From positions 1-34,185 of IMG/VR virus record IMGVR_UViG_3300020556_000014: a stretch of DNA of 34,185 nt; one strand, 5' to 3'. The notes beneath the pieces were generated by a model, which did no database searches, was not told the origin of the DNA, and saw only the letters and a program-made list of their open reading frames with translations. Shown piece after piece: positions 7,408-18,213 of the stretch. Numbering within the stretch: position 1 is the stretch's first letter; each line of letters starts with the position of its first letter. The DNA comes from a virus. Lineage: Duplodnaviria; Caudoviricetes. A program made the translations under genes and the position numbers.

Positions 7408-7551
7408 TTAAAGTGTTGGCGTTACCGCTTGCGCTTGCTGTGCGTCATAGGTAGACTTGAGCATTGAGGTAAACTCGTTGTTGCCTCGGTCAATGATGGC
7501 GTGGGTTTGTATTCCATCTGGAGTTTCAATTTGAATTGTTTTAATTGTCAT
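7408..7551 (-). CDS. small fibre-associated protein, copy 2 (47 aa)
   Basis: Manual translation MTIKTIQIETPDGIQTHAIIDRGNNEFTSMLKSTYDAQQA...; paralog of 8600..8755; ATGA overlap. Confidence 0.8.
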   Translation of the reverse strand: MTIKTIQIETPDGIQTHAIIDRGNNEFTSMLKSTYDAQQAQAVTPTL

Positions 7552-8603
7552 AATTCTGCTGTTACTCCAATGAACGCGTCAGTTGCTGTTGCTTCAAGAT
7601 AGTAAGGTCTAAATGCTGTTAATCCACTACTACCACCTGTGTATATTTGAACAATATCTTGTGAAGCAACAGAAGTAATAAGGGATATTGAGGTGATAGA
7701 TGCTGGAGCGTTTACGCCATCAGTAACTCTAAATTTAGCAGCGGCAGCATAATCAACAGCAGTAGGAATAATTCTCATTGTAACTGGAAGTTTCCAAGCA
7801 TATCGAGCATCGGTTGTTGTTAATGCTGAACCTGTCGCAAACAATCCATTTGTGATTCCTGGTGTGCTTCGATAGTAATACCGCTGGCAAGCCGCAAGTT
7901 CACCCTGAACGGTGCCAGTGGCAGTTGTGAATGGGGTGGCTACATTGCCTGCTTCAAGTTGTACGCCAGTAATTTCAAAGTAATCAGCAGCGCCAGCGGT
8001 GCCTGTTGGGCTGTAACCAGCATAAACTGCAAGTTGTGTTGCAGTTGCGGGAATTGAAACTGTAGCGCTAATTCGCTGCCAAGTAGTAGAAGCAGTTTTA
8101 ATAGTACCAAGAGAAGTGTCACCAGTAAATCCTGAAATAAAATTTTGATCTGTTCCAGTTCCATAATTGACATTCAAGCCAAAAGCGTTGGATGTGGCTG
8201 AAAAGTTTGCGCCTACTCGTACATAAACAGAAAAGGTTATTGTTTTGCCTGCAAAAGGCACTGAAGTTCCAGTTTCTAAAGTTTGAAGAAATCTGACAAA
8301 TTGAGTAGAGGTATCTCCTGCGGTGCGTTGAACTCGTGCTGCATAGCGGATGTTTGCAAGATTTGTTGTGTCGCTGGTGGCAACTCGACTTGCTGTGATA
8401 TTCGTTGCAAATGAACCTCGATACAATTGCCAGCGATCTGATGTGAAACCAGTAGTTGTGCTTGTAGCACCAGTGAGTGATGAAGTACCCCGCTGCCAAA
8501 TGCCAAAGTCACCGTTAATTATTGCGTTCTTACCCGCAACAAATGGCGGTACGCCGCCGCCGTTGTTCTCTTGTGTGTCAGCAACATCTCTAGCTCTTGT
8601 CAT
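7548..8603 (-). CDS. putative receptor-binding / carbohydrate-binding-like fibre protein
   Basis: NAIINGDFGIWQRG...QLEAG..ATPF...[10 protein letters not shown]; paralogous to the C-terminus of 8758..11928. Confidence 0.75.
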   Translation of the reverse strand: MTRARDVADTQENNGGGVPPFVAGKNAIINGDFGIWQRGTSSLTGATSTTTGFTSDRWQLYRGSFATNITASRVATSDTTNLANIRYAARVQRTAGDTSTQFVRFLQTLETGTSVPFAGKTITFSVYVRVGANFSATSNAFGLNVNYGTGTDQNFISGFTGDTSLGTIKTASTTWQRISATVSIPATATQLAVYAGYSPTGTAGAADYFEITGVQLEAGNVATPFTTATGTVQGELAACQRYYYRSTPGITNGLFATGSALTTTDARYAWKLPVTMRIIPTAVDYAAAAKFRVTDGVNAPASITSISLITSVASQDIVQIYTGGSSGLTAFRPYYLEATATDAFIGVTAEL

Positions 8604-8755
8604 TTGGTCACCTCTGGCATCAGTTGTGGCATTGCTTGGGCGGCTTGCTGTTCGTCATAGGTCGCTTTAGTCATTGACGTAAATTCGCCGTTGCCTCGGT
8701 CAATTATGGCAAATTCGTTTTCTTTATCATCTTTAATAAAAGTTACTTTATCCAT
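8600..8755 (-). CDS. small fibre-associated protein, copy 1 (51 aa)
   Basis: MDKVTFIKDDKENEFAIIDRGNGEFTSMTKATYDEQQA; ATG 8755 lies just after the fibre stop. Confidence 0.8.
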   Translation of the reverse strand: MDKVTFIKDDKENEFAIIDRGNGEFTSMTKATYDEQQAAQAMPQLMPEVTK

Positions 8756-8757
8756 TT

Positions 8758-11700
8758 TTATATCTCCGCACTTACGCCGACATAGCCACCTGAGTTTTGG
8801 GCGTATAGGTAATAAGGTCTGAATTGTGTCGCGCCTGTAATGGCACAACTTAAATTAACTGTTTGAGGCGTTGAAGTTACCAACGTGATTAGTGTTACAG
8901 ATATATTATTATTAGCGTTATCAGCTGAAATAACTAATGACGCAGAATAATCAACCGCGCTTGGCGTTGTTCTCATTGTCGCATTAAGTGGAAAAGGTGC
9001 GACGCAAACTGTTGTTGATACAGCCGACCCCAAAGAACTTAAAATATCGTAAGCGCTGTCAGCTGTAACTCGTTGATAATACCGCTGACAAGCAGCAAGT
9101 TCGCCTTGGATGGTGCCGCCAGCGCGCACAAATGGAGTCGCTACTGACCCTAATTCAACCTTAGCTAAAGCGATGTAAAGAATCGAACCGCTTGCCAAAA
9201 CTGATTGCTGTCCAATATAAAATGCTAAACCTTTTGCGGTTGTTGGAATAGTGCCAGTAACGCTCACGCGAGTATAAGCACTTGTTGATGGTGTGTGAAT
9301 TACAGTTGCCCCCGAAACTGTTGTCCAAGTGCCACCTGTTTGAGTGTTGCCTGTCGTGTTGCTTCTAATTGTAACGTTAGTGCTTCCGTTGTAAGTTGCG
9401 TTAGCTTGTAAATAAACACTAAAGGTTACAGTCTGTCCTGCTAACTTTTCAACCTCTGATTGTTCTAAAGCGAATTGCATATTTGCAAAACTTGAACCAG
9501 CAGTTGAAGTTATTTTTACAGCGTTTGTTGCGCCTTCAGGTATGACTGAGGTTTCCTGAGTTAATGAATAAGAAGCTGAACTGAAAACAAAAAATCTGTC
9601 GCTGGTGTAAACGTTATTGGCGGTAAATGCGGCAGTACCGCGTTGCCAAATATCAAACGAACCGCCAGCAATTAAATTGTCATTAGCGGCAGCGTTGTAA
9701 CGAATACCAGTTGCGGTAGTTGAATCAGCGACCAATGATTGACCATTGGCGCCAACCGCCAATCTTGCTACTGTGTCAGCGGCAGTGGCAACAATCAAGT
9801 CACCTTTAGCATCAACTATCGCATCAGGGATAAATGCAGCATCAGATTGCGCAATTGTGTAGGTGTCAACTACTGTAAAAGTACCATAAGCAACTACCGC
9901 CAATGAATCGCCAACGACTGCGCCACTTGCTAGAACAATTGAAGTTCCAGTGCTTGCGGTGTAATCAGTAGCTCGAACAAGCAGCACACCGTTTAGGTAA
10001 ACCTGTTCAGCTCCGACTGTATAGGCAAGAGTAAGTGAGTTTAGATCGGCACCTGAAAATGTTGTTTGTCCAGCGGTGGCAGTGTAAACATAAGTAATAG
10101 CAGCCGTTGAACCTGCGGCACCGGTAGCACCTGTCGGTCCAGTGGCACCATTTGTTCCATTGGCGCCCGTTGGACCAGTTGGACCTGTAGCTCCATTTGT
10201 TCCATTGGCACCTGTCGGTCCTGTCGGACCTGTTGCGCCATCAATTCCGTTAGCACCTGTTGGTCCAGTTACACCCTGAATTCCTTGAATACCTTGCGCA
10301 CCTGTTGGTCCTGTTGCGCCATCTGCTCCATTAGCACCTGTCGGTCCAGTAACACCTTGAATTCCTTGCGCACCAGTTGGACCTGTTGGACCAACCTCAC
10401 CTTGAATTCCTTGCGCACCTGTTGGTCCAGTTACGCCTTGAATTCCCTGCGCACCAGTTGGACCTGTAGCGCCAACTTCACCTTGAATACCTTGCGCACC
10501 CGTTGGTCCAGTCGCACCTTGAATACCTTGCGGGCCAGTAGCTCCAACGGCGCCAGTGTCACCTTGAACACCTTGAACACCTTGAATTCCTTGAATACCT
10601 TGCGCACCAGTAGCACCAGTTGGACCTGCGATACCTTGAGCGCCTGTAGGTCCTGTGGCACCTACGGCGCCTGCTGCGCCTGTTGGTCCAGTTGCGCCAT
10701 CAATTCCCGCAGGGCCAGTGGCACCTGTCGGACCTTGTGCGCCTTGCGCACCCGTTGGACCTGTTGCCCCGGCATCGCCTGTTGGACCTGTGGCACCTGT
10801 GGCACCTGTTGCGCCTTGTGGACCCGTAGCTCCTGTTAAACCAACTGCGATGGTAATAAGTGAAAGAAGTTGAAAATTTGTAAAGTTAGTTGTGCCAGTG
10901 CCGCCTGATGAATCAAGCACAACTGAAAGTTCAACATAACCAGTTAGCAGTGTTGGGGCTGCGGTAATTTTGAACTTTTGAAAGTTGTTGTTGACATCTC
11001 GATCTTGAATAATAATAAAATCATCTGTTTTAAGTAACGCAAGCAAGAAGTCAATATCCTCGCCCAAATCGTCAATGTGATCAATGTTGATGCGTGTTGA
11101 GTTAATCTGTGTGGCATTACCCCAACGAATATCACCCGCACCTGGTCTGCCCGTGGTTGATGACGTGTCTGCTGAATAGTTAAAAATCGTGGCCGAGCCA
11201 CCATTGGCACCTGCGGGTCCTGTCGCACCTGTTGGGCCCGTTGGACCTGTAACTGTTGAGGCAGCACCAGTAGCACCAGTTGGACCTGTTGGGCCAGTGG
11301 CACCTTCAGATGCGGCGGCTCCCGTTGGACCTGTTGGGCCTTCAATTCCTTGTGCGCCCGTAGCACCTGTCGCACCAGTTGGGCCTGTAATTGTTGAGGC
11401 AGCACCTGTGGCTCCCGTAGCACCTGTTGGGCCAACAATACCTTGTGGACCCGTTGGGCCAACTTCGCCTTGAATACCTTGAACACCTTGAATACCTTGA
11501 GCGCCTGTTGCGCCAACTGCACCCGTAGGTCCAGTTTCACCTTGGATACCTTGAGCGCCTGTAGGTCCAGTTACGCCTTGAATTCCTTGTGAACCCGTAG
11601 GTCCAGTTTCACCTTGAATACCTTGTGCGCCCGTTGGACCTGTTACACCTTGAATTCCTTGAGCGCCTGTTGGCCCCGTAACACCTTGGATTCCTTGTGA

Positions 11701-11928
11701 ACCTGTAGGTCCAGTTTCACCTTGAATACCTTGAGCGCCTGTAGCACCAGTTGCGCCGGTGGCACCTGTAGCGCCTGTGGCACCTTGGATTCCTTGTGAA
11801 CCTGTTGGGCCTGTTGCCCCTGGCGGGCCTTGTGGGCCTTGAAGGTTTGAAATAATAACTTCGGCAGGTGAGGCAATTTCAGCAATTACATCAGTTGTGC
11901 TTGATGATACATAAATGATTGAACTCAT
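8758..11928 (-). CDS. collagen-like fibre protein with C-terminal carbohydrate-binding-like domain
   Basis: Two long Gly-X-Y tracts around a globular insert, [18 protein letters not shown] motif, and a C-terminal WQRG...[10 protein letters not shown] domain. Confidence 0.88.
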   Translation of the reverse strand: MSSIIYVSSSTTDVIAEIASPAEVIISNLQGPQGPPGATGPTGSQGIQGATGATGATGATGATGAQGIQGETGPTGSQGIQGVTGPTGAQGIQGVTGPTGAQGIQGETGPTGSQGIQGVTGPTGAQGIQGETGPTGAVGATGAQGIQGVQGIQGEVGPTGPQGIVGPTGATGATGAASTITGPTGATGATGAQGIEGPTGPTGAAASEGATGPTGPTGATGAASTVTGPTGPTGATGPAGANGGSATIFNYSADTSSTTGRPGAGDIRWGNATQINSTRINIDHIDDLGEDIDFLLALLKTDDFIIIQDRDVNNNFQKFKITAAPTLLTGYVELSVVLDSSGGTGTTNFTNFQLLSLITIAVGLTGATGPQGATGATGATGPTGDAGATGPTGAQGAQGPTGATGPAGIDGATGPTGAAGAVGATGPTGAQGIAGPTGATGAQGIQGIQGVQGVQGDTGAVGATGPQGIQGATGPTGAQGIQGEVGATGPTGAQGIQGVTGPTGAQGIQGEVGPTGPTGAQGIQGVTGPTGANGADGATGPTGAQGIQGIQGVTGPTGANGIDGATGPTGPTGANGTNGATGPTGPTGANGTNGATGPTGATGAAGSTAAITYVYTATAGQTTFSGADLNSLTLAYTVGAEQVYLNGVLLVRATDYTASTGTSIVLASGAVVGDSLAVVAYGTFTVVDTYTIAQSDAAFIPDAIVDAKGDLIVATAADTVARLAVGANGQSLVADSTTATGIRYNAAANDNLIAGGSFDIWQRGTAAFTANNVYTSDRFFVFSSASYSLTQETSVIPEGATNAVKITSTAGSSFANMQFALEQSEVEKLAGQTVTFSVYLQANATYNGSTNVTIRSNTTGNTQTGGTWTTVSGATVIHTPSTSAYTRVSVTGTIPTTAKGLAFYIGQQSVLASGSILYIALAKVELGSVATPFVRAGGTIQGELAACQRYYQRVTADSAYDILSSLGSAVSTTVCVAPFPLNATMRTTPSAVDYSASLVISADNANNNISVTLITLVTSTPQTVNLSCAITGATQFRPYYLYAQNSGGYVGVSAEI
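10110..10836 (-). repeat. collagen Gly-X-Y coding repeat tract 2 (boundaries approximate)
   Basis: [12 protein letters not shown] triplets. Confidence 0.9.
11200..11838 (-). repeat. collagen Gly-X-Y coding repeat tract 1 (boundaries approximate)
   Basis: Includes 12-aa units GPTG(A/S)QGIQG(V/E)T. Confidence 0.9.
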
Positions 11929-12272
11929 CGAGTCACCTCTGCGCTAATAGCAAGTTCACCTTGAACTAAGCGGGTTACGGTTGCGTTGGCAGCGATAAGT
12001 TCAAGGTCATAAACATAAGTGCCAGCAGGCAAAAGTGTTGTTTGTGTGGCTGTTTGATCTAAGCTGATTGTGCCAGCAGCGCCGCCAAGAGTAATGCCAC
12101 CGTTTGCGGTTGTTAGCGTTAAAATTGTTTCAGTATCTTCAACATCAACGCGTGCTTGTAGGCGGGCAGTGTAATTAGTTAGATTGACTGCAACATTGTT
12201 AATTTTCCAAGTCAAAAGAAGGTTAAAAGTTGCCCCTTGCTCAATGCTAAAATCTAAAATACCTGCTGCCAT
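11925..12272 (-). CDS. fibre adaptor / Ig-like virion protein
   Basis: IEQGATF...[11 protein letters not shown]...YVYDLEL...RLVQG pattern, typical upstream of fibre genes. Confidence 0.65.
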   Translation of the reverse strand: MAAGILDFSIEQGATFNLLLTWKINNVAVNLTNYTARLQARVDVEDTETILTLTTANGGITLGGAAGTISLDQTATQTTLLPAGTYVYDLELIAANATVTRLVQGELAISAEVTR

Positions 12273-12299
12273 TTGATTACTCCAAAAACTAGGGGTGGG

Positions 12300-12485
12300 T
12301 TACTTTGAGCCTCTGCCGAAATCTGCGGCTGAATTATCTAGCCATTTGAGGATTGGACCAGCAGCGCCAGCAAGGGCGGCATATCCAAGAGTCTTAAAAT
12401 CTGTTTCTCCGGCAAGGTAAAGAGCTACTGCAGATGCAGCGGCAGCGCGAAACCAAGTTAATGAGATTTGTTTAAATTGTTCCAT
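12300..12485 (-). CDS. putative holin
   Basis: 61 aa, two hydrophobic segments, directly after the endolysin. Confidence 0.65.
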   Translation of the reverse strand: MEQFKQISLTWFRAAAASAVALYLAGETDFKTLGYAALAGAAGPILKWLDNSAADFGRGSK

Positions 12486-12996
12486 TTAATTGCTCCCTTA
12501 TTTTTTTGTCGTGTAGTTTACAACAGGTGCAGACTTCGGCTTTGTCAACTTTTTTAGCAGGAATTGGTACAATTTTAGCACCAAGTTGTGCAATTATTTT
12601 AGGCTGATTCATCCACCAAAACCAAGGTGATGTGTCTTTTGAAAGTTCCTCTTTAATTGAAATGTGAAGATGCTTGGTGTGTTGGTTTGAGCCTGTGTAT
12701 TTGCGGTTGCCTTCTTTAGCTCTTGCCTTTGACCAAATCTTGCCGTTAAAAATTAAATACTCAACCCGCTTATCATCTTTTAACTGCTCAAATATGTCAG
12801 CACAATCAATGCCGTGTTTAGGGTCGTGGGTAAGGTCCACGGCTAAACCTGTGTTGTGATCTGAAGTTGGGTTTTGCTTTTGATGGGCAGCAGATGGCAA
12901 TAATCCATCAGATGCCTTTTTGCGTGATGGCTTTAGGGCAGTTGCCTGGCGTAGCACTGCCAACGCCGCTGGTGTTGCTCTTTTTGCTATTTTCAT
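12472..12996 (-). CDS. putative endolysin, M15-like Zn peptidase
   Basis: SDH..GLAVD and H..HLHIS metal-binding motifs; flanked by membrane proteins. Confidence 0.75.
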   Translation of the reverse strand: MKIAKRATPAALAVLRQATALKPSRKKASDGLLPSAAHQKQNPTSDHNTGLAVDLTHDPKHGIDCADIFEQLKDDKRVEYLIFNGKIWSKARAKEGNRKYTGSNQHTKHLHISIKEELSKDTSPWFWWMNQPKIIAQLGAKIVPIPAKKVDKAEVCTCCKLHDKKIREQLNGTI

Positions 12997-13184
12997 TTTT
13001 TCACCAACTCTAGGATTAGTTCCATTTGAGCTTCAAGTCTGTTAATTGAATCGCGCATTGAACTGCCACCGTTGGGCTTAAGCTCTGCTAGGTAATGCTT
13101 TACAAGCCATCTTACCGCACCTGCAAATGCGCTTACAATTGCGATTACAGATACGATCAAGCCTGCCCAGTTTGCTGGTGTCAT
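12993..13184 (-). CDS. membrane protein of the lysis cassette
   Basis: One TM helix, then LKPNGGSSMRDSINRLE coiled coil. Confidence 0.7.
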   Translation of the reverse strand: MTPANWAGLIVSVIAIVSAFAGAVRWLVKHYLAELKPNGGSSMRDSINRLEAQMELILELVKK

Positions 13185-13202
13185 TTGCGCGGTTTCCCGT
13201 TC

Positions 13203-13319
13203 TTAGTTAGCGGTTGGATTTGAAATTTGTGCTTTAAGGATTGCGTTTTCCTGGGCAAGTGCGCCGATAGTTTCACGCATATTTTTTAAGATTTCCTGAA
13301 TGTCAACTTCTTGTTCCAT
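13203..13319 (-). CDS. small coiled-coil protein (38 aa)
   Basis: MEQEVDIQEILKNMRETIGALAQENAILKAQ...; SD GAGGGGG. Confidence 0.6.
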   Translation of the reverse strand: MEQEVDIQEILKNMRETIGALAQENAILKAQISNPTAN

Positions 13320-14909
13320 TTATTCCCCCTCTAGTGCTTCGATTCTTAGGATTGCTTCTTTTAATGCGCCAGTTAGATATGGAATCAAGTTAGTTGCCAA
13401 GATTGACTGATAAGCGGGGTTGCCATCTTCATCAATAGCATCTTTCTCGCCCATAACTAAGGCTGGCAATACCTCTGCCAATTCGTGAGCAATAAAACCA
13501 ACTTGAGGTTCTTCAGGGTCTTTAATGAATTCAAAAGAACGCAAGTTGATTTGCTTTACTATGGAAGCGGCAGAATCGTAACTTTGGATGTTTTGCTTTA
13601 ATCTGTAATCCGATGCGTTTCTAAATGCGGGTACACCACCTGATGTGGTTGTGATGCCGCCAGCATCTGCGCCGTTGTAAATTAAGCGAATTAGTTCTGA
13701 AGTGCCGCTGGCGTTGTACCTATGAGCAAAGAGTGCAATTTGGTTATCTCGGCGGCCAATAACTGCCCCCGTTGAGGACAAGAAAACACCCGTGGTTTGG
13801 CTTGTGCTTGAAGAGGTATTTGTGCCAGCAGTAATTGTGCCAGCACTTGAGGCAATATCGCCAGCGTTAATGGTTGCCATTGTTGATGTGCCTGAAATGC
13901 TAAGTGTGCCAGTTGAAATAAGAGTTTGAGTAGTAATTGTGCCAGTGCTGGCAGAGATTGTTCCCCCACTTGCGGTGATATTTCCACCGCCAGTTAAAAT
14001 GTTGGCTCCGTTAAGAAATGAAAGACCTGTTGTGCCAGATGCAGCTCGAATTGAAATGTTGTTAGTAATCAGCGCGCCGCTGACAGAATTCCACTGATTT
14101 CCAGTTCCGTCAGAATTGCTTGCGATAAACCCGCCGCCGAAATACCAAGGGCCAATTTGCGCACCTGAAGCAAAAAGAAAACCTGAACTAGCAATTTGAA
14201 ACGCAGAACCTACGGTGAATGAGCCACCTGTAATTGTTGCGCTGCTAGATGTAATGGTGCCAGTAAAAGTTCCAGCAGAAGCAAAAACTGTTCCAGTAAA
14301 AGTTCCTGATGTCGCAGTTATCTCCCCTGTAATTACTGCGCTGCTGGCAAACAAAGCTCCTGTTGCGCCATTGACTGAGAAATTGCCTGATGGGTTTGAA
14401 ATTCCAACCGCTGCCGTCAGGGTTCCAGTGGTGATGTTGCCAGCATCAATGTTGGCAATTACTAAGCCCGAAACTGTGGTTTGTGTCCAAGAGGTGCCAC
14501 CAGCGCCCATATATTGCGCAATAATTCGCCCCACATTTGGACTTGTTGTTCCATATTGATACCAAATATCGCCAATTGCGTTTGCCGTTGTTCCTGGCAC
14601 TGATGTTGAATAGGTAACTTTGTTTTTACCATCGGCGGTTGTTTGCGCGACTCCCGCTGCGGTGTTGGCAGCAATCGCCGTGGCATTTGCGGTTGCCGCG
14701 TTAGCAATAGCGGTGTTAGCAGTTGAGATAGCAGTTGCTGCCTCAGCTTGTGCGATAGCCGCAGTTGCCTGCGCAGATGTTGCACTTGATTGCGCAGCTC
14801 TAACTTGTGTTGTTGTCGCAGAAACTACTGGCAAAACGCTTGAAACTGTAAAATCTGCAGTTTGTGTAACTGTAATTGGTGTGTTAGTAATTTGCGGGCA
14901 TAGTGGCAT
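13320..14909 (-). CDS. tail spike/fibre with C-terminal intramolecular chaperone (Peptidase S74)
   Basis: ADGKNKVTY, Gly/Thr-rich beta repeats, SDYRLKQNI and GFIAHEL motifs. Confidence 0.85.
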   Translation of the reverse strand: MPLCPQITNTPITVTQTADFTVSSVLPVVSATTTQVRAAQSSATSAQATAAIAQAEAATAISTANTAIANAATANATAIAANTAAGVAQTTADGKNKVTYSTSVPGTTANAIGDIWYQYGTTSPNVGRIIAQYMGAGGTSWTQTTVSGLVIANIDAGNITTGTLTAAVGISNPSGNFSVNGATGALFASSAVITGEITATSGTFTGTVFASAGTFTGTITSSSATITGGSFTVGSAFQIASSGFLFASGAQIGPWYFGGGFIASNSDGTGNQWNSVSGALITNNISIRAASGTTGLSFLNGANILTGGGNITASGGTISASTGTITTQTLISTGTLSISGTSTMATINAGDIASSAGTITAGTNTSSSTSQTTGVFLSSTGAVIGRRDNQIALFAHRYNASGTSELIRLIYNGADAGGITTTSGGVPAFRNASDYRLKQNIQSYDSAASIVKQINLRSFEFIKDPEEPQVGFIAHELAEVLPALVMGEKDAIDEDGNPAYQSILATNLIPYLTGALKEAILRIEALEGE

Positions 14910-14917
14910 TTTTCCCC

Positions 14918-16066
14918 CTAGATTGTAATGCTGTAAGGGTTAATGTCGGATGTATTAAATGAAACAATCCAATTGTTTTGGGTAATGGTGTGCTTCATAC
15001 CTTCAACCACAAGATTAAATTGTAAAGGTCGGCCATCATAGGTTGTGCGTTGAACGCTTACCTGATCGGCTAACTCTGTTGAAAGAAAATCAGGATAGAG
15101 CAAGCCATTTTTAGCCACAACAAGGCCGTTAAATTCAATGCGCTCAACATAAGTATCAGGTGTGGCAAGTTTGCGTGATTCATATAAAGCTAGATTTGTT
15201 GCGCTTGTGTCGGTATTTACTGGCGCAAAGATTTCCTTTTTCACCACACCATAAGCGGCAACACTTGGGTTATATGTTGATGTAACTTGGTTGTTATCGC
15301 CACGCATAATAATTGCTTGATTCACAACATACTTTGTGCCTGGGTTGGTTATCAAATCAGAATATGTAACAGTGTTAGATGTGTTTGAATCGCTAAAAAG
15401 CAATTGTGTTGGGCGGCTAAACTTATCGGCTAACGGCACCAATGTTGCCACGCCTGATTTTGAAATGTAAAAGCGGCCAGCGATAGCATTAACGCACTCT
15501 GTAATTGCTTGCATACACCCGCGGTTTTGAACTGTTGCCAACATAACAACTGAACCCGTCAATGAACGTGAAAATCCATTGGCAGTTGTCCAACCAGCAA
15601 TGTCTAACATTCTGCCTGCTCGAACTGCTGCTGTTTCTGAGTTGGCGGCAACGGCTAAAGCCGGTGCGAAGCCATCGGCAATATAGCCAATGCCATCGTA
15701 GAAAGTCATTGTGACATTTGGTAAGAAACCTTGATTTGTAAAATTGTTTTCAAGGAATCCGTAAAATAATGGGTAAGCTGTTGAATTCCAAGTCGCAACA
15801 ATTCGCATTTGTAAACCATCGCGCAGGATGCTTGTGCCGCCAACAACCCAAGGGCTTGAAACGCTTGTGTTGTCAGGGTCATAAATGCCACTGGTGTTGT
15901 TAAATACAATGCTGGCAAACCCTGCCTCATCGCGCAAATCTGCGCGTTCACGACCACGGCGAAAATCAATTTGAACAACATCGCTAATTGTAACTGAAGT
16001 CCAAGTTCCGCTTTTAAGAAACTGAACTGCGATGCTAGGCGAAGTTACTCCGTCAAATGCTGGCAT
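14918..16066 (-). CDS. minor tail / tail-tip protein
   Basis: Directly after the tape measure; RRGR...AG.ASIVFNN..G..DP pattern. Confidence 0.75.
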   Translation of the reverse strand: MPAFDGVTSPSIAVQFLKSGTWTSVTISDVVQIDFRRGRERADLRDEAGFASIVFNNTSGIYDPDNTSVSSPWVVGGTSILRDGLQMRIVATWNSTAYPLFYGFLENNFTNQGFLPNVTMTFYDGIGYIADGFAPALAVAANSETAAVRAGRMLDIAGWTTANGFSRSLTGSVVMLATVQNRGCMQAITECVNAIAGRFYISKSGVATLVPLADKFSRPTQLLFSDSNTSNTVTYSDLITNPGTKYVVNQAIIMRGDNNQVTSTYNPSVAAYGVVKKEIFAPVNTDTSATNLALYESRKLATPDTYVERIEFNGLVVAKNGLLYPDFLSTELADQVSVQRTTYDGRPLQFNLVVEGMKHTITQNNWIVSFNTSDINPYSITI

Positions 16067-17655
16067 TAGGCAATCAAGAATCCTGGTGCGAGCGCACCTC
16101 TAGGAACACCGTTACGGCGGCCTGTGGCTTCAAGGCCGTTTTGAACAACCTCAATAAGAGCATCAGCTGAACCAACAACATTGCCTGCGTAAACATTAAC
16201 ATCAATCTTACCCTGATCATTGCGAGTGCTGTAAATCTTACTGCCGCCACCGATGGCGATTGAAGAGCCACCTGAAAGTGCTTTTTGGCGTGTTGCTAAT
16301 TCTTTCATTGCGTTTGCTGTGGCAATATCCATTATTGACTTGGTGTTTTTATTGAGAGCAAATGTATTCTTAAATAATGCGGTAACAACAGGGTCTTTAG
16401 TTGGGGTAATTTTACCAATACCAGAAAGGCGGGCAGCGTTTTGAGAATCTGTAAACCCACCGCCGCCTGTGGTGCTGCCTTTTGCAGGAGCTTTACCATT
16501 AGCCATATCAAAGAGATTCTTGGTAGTAAGTCCAAGTGCGACTAGGCCACCAAGAGCAGTCAAAGCAGTTCCAACGCTTACTCCGCCAGTTGCAAAGGCT
16601 GTGGCAACTGCGGCACCAGCAGCCGTAGTTCGCAAAAGCGCCATTGCGGTTGTAAGTGAGCCAAGCATAATAATAAATGCTGATATACGCCCCGCAACAA
16701 ACATTCCCGCAATAATTACTGCCAATGTTTTTACTGTACCTGTGTTGTTCGCAACCCAATTACCAAAAGCAATTGCCACATTCAAAAACTTAACGGCAAA
16801 CTCTGCGGCAACGGCAAAAGATGCTGCTAATTGATTTTTGTTAGCATTAACAAATTGCTCAATCTGTGGCAAAACCTTTGTAATTAGAACTGCGGCAAAC
16901 TTTTCCATAACCGGCAACAGTGCTGAGCCTAAAGTTGCCTTCATATTTTCATATGTTGCGTTTACTCGCTGAAGTTGCGCGGCGAATGTGTCATATTCAC
17001 GGCGGGATTGCCCCTGGGCTGCCGTGGTTTTTGCCAAAATAAGTGCATACGCCTCTTGCGCTTCAGCAGCTTTGAGTGCGTCACCCGTTAGTTTGCCCAA
17101 TCCCTTTGCGGCAACGCGGGCGGTGATGTCAGATTTACGAATGGCAACACCGTAACGCTCAATTGGGTTGTATTCACCCTTGAATGTAGAGCTAAGAGCC
17201 GCAACTGCATCGGCAGTTGTTCCACCGTAAGTTGCTGCTAAATCTGCGGCAAGAATCTGTAGTTTTTGTGTGCGTGCAATAGCATCTTGCTCTTCAAGCC
17301 CTAAACCTTTAAGTTGAGTGCCAAGCAAAGCGGCATATCGAGCAGCATCAGCGGTTGATAAACCGTAATCAACCATTGACTTTGAAAATGTTTTTAACTG
17401 CTCAGAATTTGAACCAAAAACGGCATCAAGTGCGCCAAACTGTTGAGATAGGTCAGAGGCAGCCATAATTGAGTCTTTGCTGATCTTGGCAAGTGCTGCC
17501 GCTGATGCCAAGGCTGCCAATCCAAAGGCTCTTGCGGATTTTTTAGCAAAAAAATCAATGTTTTTGCCAAGTTTGGCAATGTCTTTTTGAGCAGCCTTTG
17601 AACCTTTGTCCGAATACTGTGTGAGGATGCGAGCTACAATTGCGCCAACTGCCAT
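16066..17655 (-). CDS. tape measure protein (529 aa)
   Basis: Ala-rich helical protein, ADLAA..GG...A..AL....GE..P.ERYG motif, hydrophobic segments; synteny. Confidence 0.9.
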   Translation of the reverse strand: MAVGAIVARILTQYSDKGSKAAQKDIAKLGKNIDFFAKKSARAFGLAALASAAALAKISKDSIMAASDLSQQFGALDAVFGSNSEQLKTFSKSMVDYGLSTADAARYAALLGTQLKGLGLEEQDAIARTQKLQILAADLAATYGGTTADAVAALSSTFKGEYNPIERYGVAIRKSDITARVAAKGLGKLTGDALKAAEAQEAYALILAKTTAAQGQSRREYDTFAAQLQRVNATYENMKATLGSALLPVMEKFAAVLITKVLPQIEQFVNANKNQLAASFAVAAEFAVKFLNVAIAFGNWVANNTGTVKTLAVIIAGMFVAGRISAFIIMLGSLTTAMALLRTTAAGAAVATAFATGGVSVGTALTALGGLVALGLTTKNLFDMANGKAPAKGSTTGGGGFTDSQNAARLSGIGKITPTKDPVVTALFKNTFALNKNTKSIMDIATANAMKELATRQKALSGGSSIAIGGGSKIYSTRNDQGKIDVNVYAGNVVGSADALIEVVQNGLEATGRRNGVPRGALAPGFLIA

Positions 17656-17658
17656 TTG

Positions 17659-18213
17659 TTATCCTCGCTCTTTGTTTAAGTATCTTTGAAGTTGAGCCTT
17701 GGCATCGTTAAGAGCCTGTTCAACATTTTTTTCAATTTTTGCTTTATCTTTATCAACAACACGCCATACTACACGCGATGCAGCGCCAAATCTGTTCCCC
17801 AAAGTACGCAGAAACTGAGCGCTACTGCCGCGACCAGTGGTACTTTTAGTTTTACGGCCAGCAACTTCAAAGATTGAACCCGCTGCAGATTTATTTAGCA
17901 AAGCGCCCGCACTTGTGGTGTAATCTTTACGGACTTTGCCTTCGGCTTTTGTTTTTGTGATCTTGCTTTTGACTTCGCCGGCATTCCAACCTGGCCAACC
18001 AGCACCACCGCGAGTGCGACCTTTGGTAGCATCTACTTTGCGCCAACCACTCATCGGCGGGTCCTCATCAATCAAACCTTTGGCATCTTTTTCAGCGCCT
18101 GCAAGTTCATTATTGATAACTTTGTTAAACCGCCTGACTGCATCTTTATCAAATTCTTTCAATGCAGTAAGCGTTTCTTTAACGCCGTAAAGAACAATTA
18201 CTTCATCAGCCAT
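17659..18213 (-). CDS. putative tail-completion / HK97-gp10-like protein
   Basis: Basic protein, GVKETL..LK start, AGSIFEVAGR motif; lies in the tail operon. Confidence 0.55.
   Translation of the reverse strand: MADEVIVLYGVKETLTALKEFDKDAVRRFNKVINNELAGAEKDAKGLIDEDPPMSGWRKVDATKGRTRGGAGWPGWNAGEVKSKITKTKAEGKVRKDYTTSAGALLNKSAAGSIFEVAGRKTKSTTGRGSSAQFLRTLGNRFGAASRVVWRVVDKDKAKIEKNVEQALNDAKAQLQRYLNKERG

Noticed and set aside
7548-9700. Diversity-generating retroelement (TR/VR pair) in the duplicated fibre tips
   Set aside because: No reverse transcriptase recognised in the genome; the copies are broadly diverged rather than adenine-specific variants.
10041-11885. Several alternate-frame and antisense ORFs with repetitive sequence
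   Set aside because: Shadows of the collagen Gly-X-Y codon periodicity.
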